64,000 nt of DNA from Planctomycetota bacterium (GTDB lineage: Bacteria > Planctomycetota > UBA1135 > UBA2386), in the NCBI GenBank assembly GCA_046290465.1, contig JBKAGP010000001.1, positions 2,720,001 to 2,784,000 of the forward strand, in the 5' to 3' direction. Positions 1-8,317 of the stretch are shown in pieces. A program made the position numbers and the translations under genes. Below the pieces are notes generated by a model. It was given only the letters and a program-made list of their open reading frames with translations, was not told where the DNA came from and made no database searches. The stretch's first letter is position 1. Each line of letters begins with the position of its first letter.

Positions 1-2
1 TC

Positions 3-1397
3 GTCTACCACTACCTGCAGCAGGACCGCGCGCACATCCAGTTGTACATGACGTACAACATCGACTCGCCGCTGACCTGGCCGGAGACCAAGACGACCAA
101 GAACGTGCTGCTCGACGAGAGCAAGATCGCGTTCCATGTCTGCATCAACCCGTTCCTCAACGAGACGGCGTCGTTCGCGGACATGGTGCTGCCGTGGGCG
201 ACCTACATGGAGCGTTGGGACGTCGACGCGCGCGGCGCCTACAACCTGAAGCCGTACCTGTCGATGCGCCGGCCGATGGTCGAGTCGCTCGGCGAGGCCA
301 AGGACGTGCGCGAGATCTTCGCCGAGATCGCGCACCGCGTCGGTCCCGAGATGGCGCAGTGGTATCCGGAGAAGACCGACATCCGCGCCTACATGGCGAA
401 GCACACCAAGAACGTTCCCTACGACGCGTCGAAGTACGACTCGCCGATGGCGTTCCTGGAGGCCGAGGGCGCCTACGAGGACCCCGAGCAGAAGCCGTAC
501 TTCGCGCCCTACCTCGAGCCGCTGTCGGCGGCCGAGATGGACGGCAGCGAGACCGACCCCGAGACCGGCATCATCACCAAGGACGGCAAGGGCATCGGCA
601 TCCTGCACAAGGGCAAGCCGGTGCGCGGCTTCAAGACGCCGTCGCGCAAGCTCGAGGTCAAGTCGGACTTCGTGCCGATGCTCGGCCGCAACGAGGACGT
701 CAGCAAGCTCGCGGCGCTGGCCAACAGCAAGGGCAAGAACCGCCCGTCGTACCACAAGGGCCACGAGTACGACCTGCCGGCGTGGCCGACCTGGACCCAG
801 GTCGAGGAGCACGTCGGCATGGCCGACGACGAACTGGTGATGACGTCGTTCAAGTGGAACGTGCACAACCACGGCCGCACCGCCAACCTCAAGTGGTGCT
901 CCGAGATCGTGCACAGCAACCCGGCGTGGCTGCACCCCGAGACGGCGGCGAAGTTCGGCGTCAAGGACGGCGACTTCGTGCGGCTGAAGGCCTGGCGCAG
1001 CAAGCACATCGACAACATGGCGCCGAAGCTCGGGCTCGGGCAGGGCACGGTCGACGGCGAGCTCGAACTGCCGGTCTACGTCACCAGAGCCGTGCACCCG
1101 CGCGCCATCGCCATCAGCAACTCGCTCGGCCACTTCGCCTACACGTCGGTGGCGCAAGCCAAGCGCAACCGCGACCTCGGCGACGAGGCCAACGGCTACG
1201 AGAACGTCGCGATGCGCGACGCCGACTGGGAGCGCAACATGTGGTGGGAGGACCAGAGCGGCGGCGACCCCGAGAAGTGGGTGCAGAACACCGGCAACGG
1301 CTGGGCCCAGAACAACGTGCTGCCGATCGCGCCGGACCCGATCTCCGGCCAGCAGGCGTTCAACAGCACCGTCGTGAAGGTGACCAAGGTCACGTGA
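3..1397 (+). CDS. Molybdopterin (DMSO reductase family) oxidoreductase catalytic subunit, C-terminal part; 5' end outside window
   Basis: Open frame from window start; ETASFADMVLPWATYMERWD motif and domain-IV motif NPAWLHPETAAKFGVKDGD...V...VHP; ends DPISGQQAFNSTVVKV. Confidence 0.85.
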   Translation, partial: VYHYLQQDRAHIQLYMTYNIDSPLTWPETKTTKNVLLDESKIAFHVCINPFLNETASFADMVLPWATYMERWDVDARGAYNLKPYLSMRRPMVESLGEAKDVREIFAEIAHRVGPEMAQWYPEKTDIRAYMAKHTKNVPYDASKYDSPMAFLEAEGAYEDPEQKPYFAPYLEPLSAAEMDGSETDPETGIITKDGKGIGILHKGKPVRGFKTPSRKLEVKSDFVPMLGRNEDVSKLAALANSKGKNRPSYHKGHEYDLPAWPTWTQVEEHVGMADDELVMTSFKWNVHNHGRTANLKWCSEIVHSNPAWLHPETAAKFGVKDGDFVRLKAWRSKHIDNMAPKLGLGQGTVDGELELPVYVTRAVHPRAIAISNSLGHFAYTSVAQAKRNRDLGDEANGYENVAMRDADWERNMWWEDQSGGDPEKWVQNTGNGWAQNNVLPIAPDPISGQQAFNSTVVKVTKVT

Positions 1398-1930
1398 GCG
1401 AGCACGCAGAGACCGACCACCTCAGCGCCGCCGCCCGCCTGTTCGGGCGGCTGCTGCTGCGCGAGCTCGACGAGCCGACGCTCGCCGAGCTGCGCCAGGA
1501 CGACGTGCGCGCCGCGCTCGCGGACCTCGACGTCACGGTCCCGCGCGACGACCAGCTGCCGGCCCTCGGCCAGCGATTCTTCGAGCTGTTCCTGCACCCG
1601 CAAGGCGCCGTGCCGCCGGTGCAGTCGCTGTGGCGCGACGGCCAGTACGACGGCGACCCGGCGGCCGGCGTGCGCCGCATCGCCGACGCCGCCAACCTGC
1701 AGCTTGCCGACGCAGCGCGCGGCGCCGCCCCCGACCACCTCGGCTGCATCCTGCTGCTGTGGGCCGAGCTGCGCGAGCCGCGCCCGGAACTCGCCGAACT
1801 GCTGCGCGAGCACCACCTGGCCTGGGCCGAACTGGCCCTGCAACACACCCTGGCGGACGACGGCTTCTACGGCGCCGTCTGCCGCGCCTGCGTGTCGCTG
1901 GTGCGCGCACTGCGCGCCGGCGACGACTGA
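1394..1930 (+). CDS. TorD/DmsD-family redox enzyme maturation chaperone
   Basis: GTG overlaps upstream stop (GTGA); PPVQSLW, PDHLGCIL and EHHLAW motifs. Confidence 0.8.
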   Translation: MSEHAETDHLSAAARLFGRLLLRELDEPTLAELRQDDVRAALADLDVTVPRDDQLPALGQRFFELFLHPQGAVPPVQSLWRDGQYDGDPAAGVRRIADAANLQLADAARGAAPDHLGCILLLWAELREPRPELAELLREHHLAWAELALQHTLADDGFYGAVCRACVSLVRALRAGDD

Positions 1931-1985
1931 AGCCCCTCTCTACCTCTCCATCCCCTCTTTCCGTTCCCCCTCGCTACCAACGACC

Positions 1986-3341
1986 GTGAACCGTACCAAG
2001 TCCTCCGCCGTGCAGCTGCTCGCTGGCGCAGCCGCCTTCGTCACGCTCTCCTCGACGCCGCTGCTGGCGCAAGACCCGCCGAAGAAGGAACCGATCCGCC
2101 TCGACAACTGGATCGGTGGCCCGAGCTGGATCAAGTTCAGCGGCCAGCACCGCACCCGCTTCGAGTCGCTCAACGGCCAGTTCCGCAGCAGCGCGCTGCG
2201 CAACACCGAGGACCAGCTGTTCAACCGCAGCATCCTGCGCGCCGACATCGACACCGACAGCATCGACGCGGTGCTCGAGGGCATGGACGCCCGCGCGTTC
2301 GGCACCAAGGCCGACTCGTTCGCCAACACGACGACCGTCAACACCTTCGACGTGCTGCAGGCCAACGTGGTCTTCCCGGTCGGCGACGGCCACCTGACCG
2401 TCGGTCGCTACACGATGGACATCGGTAGCCGCCGCCTGAGCGCGCGCAACAAGTACCGCAACACGATCAACTCGTTCAACGGCTTCCGTTACGACAAGAC
2501 CGACGAGGACGGCAACAAGCTGCGCGTGTTCTGGAACATGCCGACCATTCGCCGCCCGAGCGCGCGCATGGAGCTGGTCGACAACGAGCACGACTGGGAC
2601 CGCCAGTCGTCCGACCTGCAGTTCTACGGCGTGCACGCGACCCGCGTGCTCAGCGAGGACTCGCACGGCGAGATGTACCTGCTCGGCCTCAACGACAACC
2701 GCGACGGCAGCGCCGACCGCGACCTGCTGACCACCGGCGTGCGCTTCCTGCAACAGAAGAAGCCCGGCCAGTTCTTCGGCGAGGCCGAGGCGGCGTTCCA
2801 GTTCGGCGAACGCAACAACGAGGACGTGTCGGCCTGGTTCGCGCACGGCTCGGTCGGCTACGTCGGCGAAGGTGAGTGCCGTCCGACGTTCCGCCTCGCC
2901 TACGACCACGCGACCGGCGACAGCAGCAGCACGGACGGCGACTACAACCGCTTCGACACGCTGTTCGGTGCCCGCCGCTTCGAGTACGGCCCGACCGGCA
3001 TCTACGGCGCGATCGGCCGACGCAACATCAGCTCGCCCGAGATCCGCTTCGACTTCAAGCCGTCCGCGACGACCTGGGTGATGGTCGCCTACCGCCACCT
3101 GATGCTGGCTTCGGACAACGACGCCTGGGTCGAGGCGGGCCTCTCGGATCCGACCGGCGCCGCCGGCACCACCGTCGGCAGCCAGATCGAGTGCCGCCTG
3201 CGCTGGGAGCCGTGCAAGAAGCAGGTCCGCATCGAAGGCGGCGGCGCCTACTTCGCCGGCGGCAGCTTCCGCGACGCGACCCAGCCGGTCGGTGGCGGCG
3301 ACACCCGCTACGGCTTCCTGGAAGTCATCTTCTGGTTCTGA
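1986..3341 (+). CDS. Alginate-export-family outer membrane beta-barrel protein 1
   Basis: Signal peptide; GRYTMDIGSRRL..RN..RNTINSFNG, ATGD...FDTLFGARR motifs; C-terminal WF. Confidence 0.8.
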   Translation: MNRTKSSAVQLLAGAAAFVTLSSTPLLAQDPPKKEPIRLDNWIGGPSWIKFSGQHRTRFESLNGQFRSSALRNTEDQLFNRSILRADIDTDSIDAVLEGMDARAFGTKADSFANTTTVNTFDVLQANVVFPVGDGHLTVGRYTMDIGSRRLSARNKYRNTINSFNGFRYDKTDEDGNKLRVFWNMPTIRRPSARMELVDNEHDWDRQSSDLQFYGVHATRVLSEDSHGEMYLLGLNDNRDGSADRDLLTTGVRFLQQKKPGQFFGEAEAAFQFGERNNEDVSAWFAHGSVGYVGEGECRPTFRLAYDHATGDSSSTDGDYNRFDTLFGARRFEYGPTGIYGAIGRRNISSPEIRFDFKPSATTWVMVAYRHLMLASDNDAWVEAGLSDPTGAAGTTVGSQIECRLRWEPCKKQVRIEGGGAYFAGGSFRDATQPVGGGDTRYGFLEVIFWF

Positions 3342-3348
3342 TCGCGAC

Positions 3349-3372
3349 GGATCCGCGCCGATGCGCGGATCC
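3349..3372 (+). terminator. GC-rich hairpin after porin 1
   Basis: GGATCCGCGC-CGAT-GCGCGGATCC perfect 10-bp stem; no clear U-tract. Confidence 0.35.
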
Positions 3373-3598
3373 CGGCGCGCTCAGGACCTGGCCCGCAGCC
3401 TGCGGCTGCGCGCGGCGGTTCTGGGATCGCGGCGATTCTGGGATCGCGATCGGCGGCGAACGGAGCCCCGCTCCACCCGACGCACCGACGAGTGCGCAAG
3501 ACCTCGCGACATTGTGCGCGGGTCGGTGGGGTCTTCGCGCTACGTTCGCATGCACCTCGCGCCTCACACGCGCGAGGTCCAGGAACCCGACGCCCTCC

Positions 3599-4984
3599 AT
3601 GAAGACCGCCACGCTTCGTGCGGCTGCGAGCATGCTCGCGGTGCTCGCCAGCCCCCTCTCGATCCAGGCCCAGCAGCAGGGCCGCGATCCCAAGCCCTGG
3701 CGCCTCGACGAGGCCGTCGGCACGCCGGACTGGGTCCGGCTGAGCGGCCGCCACCGCACCCGCTTCGAGTCGCTCAACAAGCAGTTCCGCGCGGGCAACC
3801 GGCCGGTCGCCGAGGACCAGTGGTTCACGCGGACCAGCGTGCGCGCCGACTTCGACTTCGGCACGTTGGGCGGCACGGCCGAGCTGATGGACTCGCGCGC
3901 GTGGGGCGACAACCCCAACCGCCAGGCGAGCACGAGCTTCAGCAACGTCACCGACTTCGTCGAACTCAACGCGATCTACGACTTCGGCGCGCCCGAGGGC
4001 CACACCAGCCGGCTGCTCGCCGGCCGCTACACGATGTCGCTCGGCAGCCGCCGCTTCGTGATCCGCAACGGCTTCCGCAACACGGTCAACACGTTCGACG
4101 GCGTCGACTACCTGTGGCAGGACGACCAGGGCCAGCAGCTGCGGCTGTTCTGGACCATGCCGGTCCGCCGCCGCCCGTTCGACGCGCCGTCGCTGCGCGA
4201 CAACGACTTCGAGTGGGACGACCAGGACAAGGACCTGCAGTTCTTCGGCGTGTTCGGCGCGCGCAACCTCGACGAGCACTCCCAGCTCGAGGGCTACGTC
4301 TTCGGCCTGCACGAGGACGCGACCGACTCGCGCAACCGCCGCCTGATCACCCCCGGCGTGCGCATCCACCGACCGGCGAGGAAGGGCGCGTTCTTCGGCC
4401 AGGCCGAGGCGGCGTTCCAGTTCGGCGATTCGCAGGCGAGCAGCGGCACTTCGCCGACGCTCGACCACAGCGCGTGGTTCGGCCACGCCTCGCTCGGCTA
4501 TCGCTTCGACTGCGCCTGCGACTTCACCGTGCGCGTCGCCTACGACTACGCGACCGGCGACCGCGACCCGAGCGACGGCGAGAACAACCGCTTCGACCGG
4601 CTGTATGGCGCGCCGCGCTTCGAATACACGCCGACCGGCCTGTGGGGCGCGATCCAGCGCAGCAACTTCAAGACGCCGGAGCTGCGCGTGTCGTTCCGGC
4701 CGACGCGGCTCTCGTGGATCATGCTCGCCTATCGCAACCTCGAACTGGCGTCCGCGACCGACCAGTGGATCGCCTCGGGCGTGCGCGATGCGACCGGCGC
4801 GTCCGGGGACAACGTCGGCCAGCAGATCGAGCTGCGCGCGCGGTACGACTTCTTGCCGAACAACATGTTCCTCGAGGTCGGCGGCGTCTACTTCGTCAGC
4901 GGCAGCTTCCTCGAGCGCGCCCCGAACTCGCCGGGGGGAGCGGATCGCAAGTACGGGTTCGTCGAGATGCGCTGGACGTTCTGA
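3599..4984 (+). CDS. Alginate-export-family outer membrane beta-barrel protein 2 (paralogue of 1986..3341)
   Basis: Signal peptide; shares HRTRFESLN, GRYTM.LGSRR, RNT.N.F.G, EAAFQFG, ATGD blocks with porin 1; ends WTF. Confidence 0.8.
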   Translation: MKTATLRAAASMLAVLASPLSIQAQQQGRDPKPWRLDEAVGTPDWVRLSGRHRTRFESLNKQFRAGNRPVAEDQWFTRTSVRADFDFGTLGGTAELMDSRAWGDNPNRQASTSFSNVTDFVELNAIYDFGAPEGHTSRLLAGRYTMSLGSRRFVIRNGFRNTVNTFDGVDYLWQDDQGQQLRLFWTMPVRRRPFDAPSLRDNDFEWDDQDKDLQFFGVFGARNLDEHSQLEGYVFGLHEDATDSRNRRLITPGVRIHRPARKGAFFGQAEAAFQFGDSQASSGTSPTLDHSAWFGHASLGYRFDCACDFTVRVAYDYATGDRDPSDGENNRFDRLYGAPRFEYTPTGLWGAIQRSNFKTPELRVSFRPTRLSWIMLAYRNLELASATDQWIASGVRDATGASGDNVGQQIELRARYDFLPNNMFLEVGGVYFVSGSFLERAPNSPGGADRKYGFVEMRWTF

Positions 4985-4996
4985 GTCCGGCCAGCG

Positions 4997-5335
4997 CTAC
5001 AGCCAGCTGTCGAGCTTGTCGGCCACGACGTCGGCGCTCTGCATGCCGACCAGGCGATCGACCGGCTGGCCGTCCCTGAACACGATCAGGGTCGGGATCG
5101 AGCTGACCCCGAGCTGGCCGGCAAGCTCCTGGTTCTGGTCGATGTCGAGCTTGCCGATGGTCGCCTTGCCCTGGTAGCGCCTGGCAACGGCGTCCACGGT
5201 CGGGGCCAGCGCGCGGCAGGGGCCGCACCAATCGGCGTAGAAGTCGACGAGCGTCACGCCGCCGGCCTGCAGCTGCTGCTGCAGCGACTGGCGATCGAAC
5301 GTGACGGCGGCGGGAAGGTTCTGCGTGTTGGTCAT
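4997..5335 (-). CDS. trxA: Thioredoxin
   Basis: VDFYADWCGPC, GVSSIPTL; 112 aa. Confidence 0.92.
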   Translation of the reverse strand: MTNTQNLPAAVTFDRQSLQQQLQAGGVTLVDFYADWCGPCRALAPTVDAVARRYQGKATIGKLDIDQNQELAGQLGVSSIPTLIVFRDGQPVDRLVGMQSADVVADKLDSWL

Positions 5336-5427
5336 CTGTCGTTTCCTCGGTCGGGCGAGCAGGAGGCGCTCGCACGCCGGTTGGATGCCGGCCGGCCGAC
5401 CGATGTGACAGCGTGACGCAAGAAAAC

Positions 5428-5736
5428 TCAGCCGCGGGCCGAGCCGCCGCCCCCACCGGCCTTGCGCGCCTTCAGGATCGCGTCGACCAGCTCCTGCGGC
5501 AGCGGCCGTTCCTGCTCGCTGCGCAGCCGTTCTCCACCATCGCGGCACAGTTCGGCAGCCTGCTTGTAGTTCTCGACGTAGTCCTCGCACGCCGGACAGA
5601 ACGCGACGTGCGACTCGAACTGGAACCGCTGCTCGGCGGGGAGGCGGCCGTCGACGTAGTCGAGCAGGAACTCGACGCACTCCTCACAGCGCACCCTGGC
5701 AGCAGCCTCGGGACACGGATCACGGTCGTTGCTCAT
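5428..5736 (-). CDS. Zinc-binding (zf-HC2) anti-sigma factor
   Basis: HVAFCPAC (HxxxCxxC); start overlaps the sigma stop; soluble. Confidence 0.85.
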   Translation of the reverse strand: MSNDRDPCPEAAARVRCEECVEFLLDYVDGRLPAEQRFQFESHVAFCPACEDYVENYKQAAELCRDGGERLRSEQERPLPQELVDAILKARKAGGGGGSARG

Positions 5737-6356
5737 GTCGGATGGTCCTCCATCACCGGGCGCAGCAGACGGGTCAGGGCCTGGCGGCCACGATGCAGAC
5801 GCTGGCGCACGGTATCGTCGCGGACACCGAGTTGCGTCGCGACGTCCTTGGACTCCATGCCCTCGAGATCGCGCATCACCACCACCTCGCGGTAGCCGTC
5901 GGGCAGCTGCTCGAGCGCGCCCCAGAGCGCGTCGTGGCGCTCCCGCCGCACCGCCTCGGCGCTGGCGTCCTCGGCGAGCGGCTGCCAGCGGGGCATGGTC
6001 TGCTCGTGGTGGCCGTCGACGAACGTCGGCAACAGCGCGTCGATGTCGCGCATCGGCTGCGATCGCCGCGCCCGTAGCCGCATCAGCGCCGTGTTGACGA
6101 CGATACGATGCAGCCAGGTCGACAGTCGCGACCTGCCGTCGAAGTCCGCCAGCTTGCCGAACGCCGAGACGAACGCCTCCTGCAGCACGTCCTCGGCGTC
6201 GCTGTCGTCGCGGGTGATCCGGCGCGCGACCGCCAGCAGCCGGCCACCGTGGGCCTCGACCAGTTCGCGGAAGGCGTCGTCGTCACCGGACCGCAACCGC
6301 GCGAGCAGGTGCTGCTCGTCCAAAGGAACGGCCTGGGTGCGGGGCGAACGGTCCAT
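5733..6356 (-). CDS. ECF RNA polymerase sigma factor
   Basis: DAEDVLQEAF, STWLHRIVVN (region 2); LPDGYREVVVMRDLEG...TVRQRLHRGR (region 4). Confidence 0.92.
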   Translation of the reverse strand: MDRSPRTQAVPLDEQHLLARLRSGDDDAFRELVEAHGGRLLAVARRITRDDSDAEDVLQEAFVSAFGKLADFDGRSRLSTWLHRIVVNTALMRLRARRSQPMRDIDALLPTFVDGHHEQTMPRWQPLAEDASAEAVRRERHDALWGALEQLPDGYREVVVMRDLEGMESKDVATQLGVRDDTVRQRLHRGRQALTRLLRPVMEDHPT

Positions 6357-6371
6357 CGGCAGCCTTCTGGG

Positions 6372-7043
6372 TCACGTCGCCATCGCAATCCAGATGGTGC
6401 GCCGCGGCCCCTTGGTGCGGCGCGCCTTGACGTGGTGGATGCGCACCTGGAACCGCCCCTTGCGCAGGCGGGCGTCGAACGCGCCGTCGTCGGCGGCCGA
6501 CCAGACGCCGAGCACGCCCCCCTGCTTGAGCGACGCGCGCAGTAGCCGCAGGCCGGGCTTGCCGTAGAGGCTGTCGTTCTTGGGCCGCGACAGGCCTTCG
6601 GGGCCGTTGTCGACGTCGAGCAGCACGATGTCGTAGGCGTTCTCGTTCTGCTCGAGCACCTCGCGAACGTCGCCGACGATCAGGTTGGTGCGCGGGTCGT
6701 CGAGCGGCTTGCCGGCGCAATGGCCGAACAGGTCGCGATTCCAGGTGACGATCTCGGGCACCAGTTCGGCGACGTCGACGACCGCGCGCTCGGGCAGCAG
6801 CGCCAGCGTGCGGGCCAGCGTGAAGCCCATGCCGAGGCCACCGATCAGGACGCGCGGCGCCTTGCGCGGCCCGAGCCGTTCGACCGCGAACTCGGCCAGC
6901 ATCTCCTCCGAGCCGTAGACCCGGGTGCTCATCAGTTCGGTGTGGTCGACCCACACCTCATCGGCGCCATCGTGATGAAAACAACGCAGCTCGCCGGTGT
7001 GTCCGGGGATCTCGGCGGTGGCGATCAGGTCGCGGGGCTTCAC
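6372..7043 (-). CDS. Spermidine-synthase-like SAM-dependent methyltransferase
   Basis: VLIGGLGMGFTL, AELVPEI, LLDVDNGP motifs; GTG start inferred. Confidence 0.8.
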   Translation of the reverse strand: MKPRDLIATAEIPGHTGELRCFHHDGADEVWVDHTELMSTRVYGSEEMLAEFAVERLGPRKAPRVLIGGLGMGFTLARTLALLPERAVVDVAELVPEIVTWNRDLFGHCAGKPLDDPRTNLIVGDVREVLEQNENAYDIVLLDVDNGPEGLSRPKNDSLYGKPGLRLLRASLKQGGVLGVWSAADDGAFDARLRKGRFQVRIHHVKARRTKGPRRTIWIAMAT

Positions 7044-7151
7044 GCGAACCAGTATGCCAACGGTCCGGCCGCGCGTCCTCATCCGAGATGGCCGGCGCTG
7101 CGTCGAAACATCGCCGCGGCGAGCCCGTATGATGCGCGACACGGAGACCCC

Positions 7152-7892
7152 ATGTTCCTGCTCGATCTGCTGCGCAAACGAAGTCGCGAAGGCGACCATC
7201 ACAAGGACCAGGTGCACTACCTGACGACGCTACGGGGCGTCATCGGCATGCTGCGCAACCCCGAGGGCACCGAGTCGGTGTTCGACATCGAGGACGGCCT
7301 CAAGGACATCCGCGCCGCCGACGGCGTGGTGACCCGGGTCAGCCAGGATCCGGAGGTCGTCGCGATGATGAGCGAGCGCTACCTGGCCGAGCCGGTGGAC
7401 CTCGACGAGCTGGAGCGACTGCCCGACGGCAGCCTCGGCAACGCGTTCGCCCGGCACATCATCGACCACGGCTTCGACCCCGACTACTACCGCAAGCTCG
7501 ACGTCGAGACCGACCTGGACTGGGTGATGATGCGGATGCGGCAGACGCACGACATCTGGCACGTGGTGACCGGCATCGGCACCAGCCGCCTCGGCGAGAT
7601 GGCGGTCAAGGCGTTCGAACTGGCGCAGACCTGGCGACCGCTCGCGGCGGTGATCACCTGCGGCGGCATGATGCGCTACCTGATGAAGGACCCCGACCAG
7701 CTCGGCGACGCGATGACGAACATCAGCCACGGCTACCAGCTCGGGCGGTTGGCGAAGCCGTTCCTGGCGCAGAAGTGGGAGCTCGGCTGGGAGCGTTCGC
7801 TGGCCGACTGGCGCATCGCCGTGAACCTGCCCGCGGACGTGCCAGCGGCCGGGCAGTGGCAACCGCCGTGCATGCCGGCGGAGAACGCGTGA
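7152..7892 (+). CDS. Coq4-family protein
   Basis: LPDGSLGNAF and RQTHDIWHVVTG...GE (HDxxH...E) motifs. Confidence 0.85.
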   Translation: MFLLDLLRKRSREGDHHKDQVHYLTTLRGVIGMLRNPEGTESVFDIEDGLKDIRAADGVVTRVSQDPEVVAMMSERYLAEPVDLDELERLPDGSLGNAFARHIIDHGFDPDYYRKLDVETDLDWVMMRMRQTHDIWHVVTGIGTSRLGEMAVKAFELAQTWRPLAAVITCGGMMRYLMKDPDQLGDAMTNISHGYQLGRLAKPFLAQKWELGWERSLADWRIAVNLPADVPAAGQWQPPCMPAENA

Positions 7893-7894
7893 GC

Positions 7895-8227
7895 ATGCGT
7901 CGCGACATCCCGACGTTCGAGGAGTTCTGGCCGCTCTACCTGCTGGAGCACTCGTGCGTGCGCTGCCGCTTCGTGCACTACATCGCGGCGACCGCCGTGC
8001 TGACGATCGCCGTGACCTCGATGTGCATGAGCTGCTGGTGGCTGCTGCTGACGGCGCCGCTGGTGGCCTACGGCTTCGCCTGGTTCGGCCACTTCGTGTT
8101 CGAGAAGAACCGCCCCGCGACCTGGGTCTACCCCTGGTGGTCGCTGCGCGCCGAGTGGCGCATGTTCTTCCTCGCCATGACCCGCCGCCTCAAGCACCAC
8201 CTGCCCCCCGACAAGAACGCCCCCTGA
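7895..8227 (+). CDS. DUF962/Mpo1-like membrane protein
   Basis: FEEFWPLYLLEH, YGFAWFGHFVFEKNRPAT. Confidence 0.85.
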   Translation: MRRDIPTFEEFWPLYLLEHSCVRCRFVHYIAATAVLTIAVTSMCMSCWWLLLTAPLVAYGFAWFGHFVFEKNRPATWVYPWWSLRAEWRMFFLAMTRRLKHHLPPDKNAP

Positions 8228-8317
8228 TCCGGACACCGCATACCGAACCGGGCGTCAGCCTGCGCAGGATGAACCCGGTTCGGTATGCGGTGTCCGGCGC
8301 CATCATCCATCGCGGCA

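Noticed and set aside
4997..5335. Thioredoxin as a third selenoprotein
   Set aside because: Active site is an ordinary WCGPC with no in-frame UGA.
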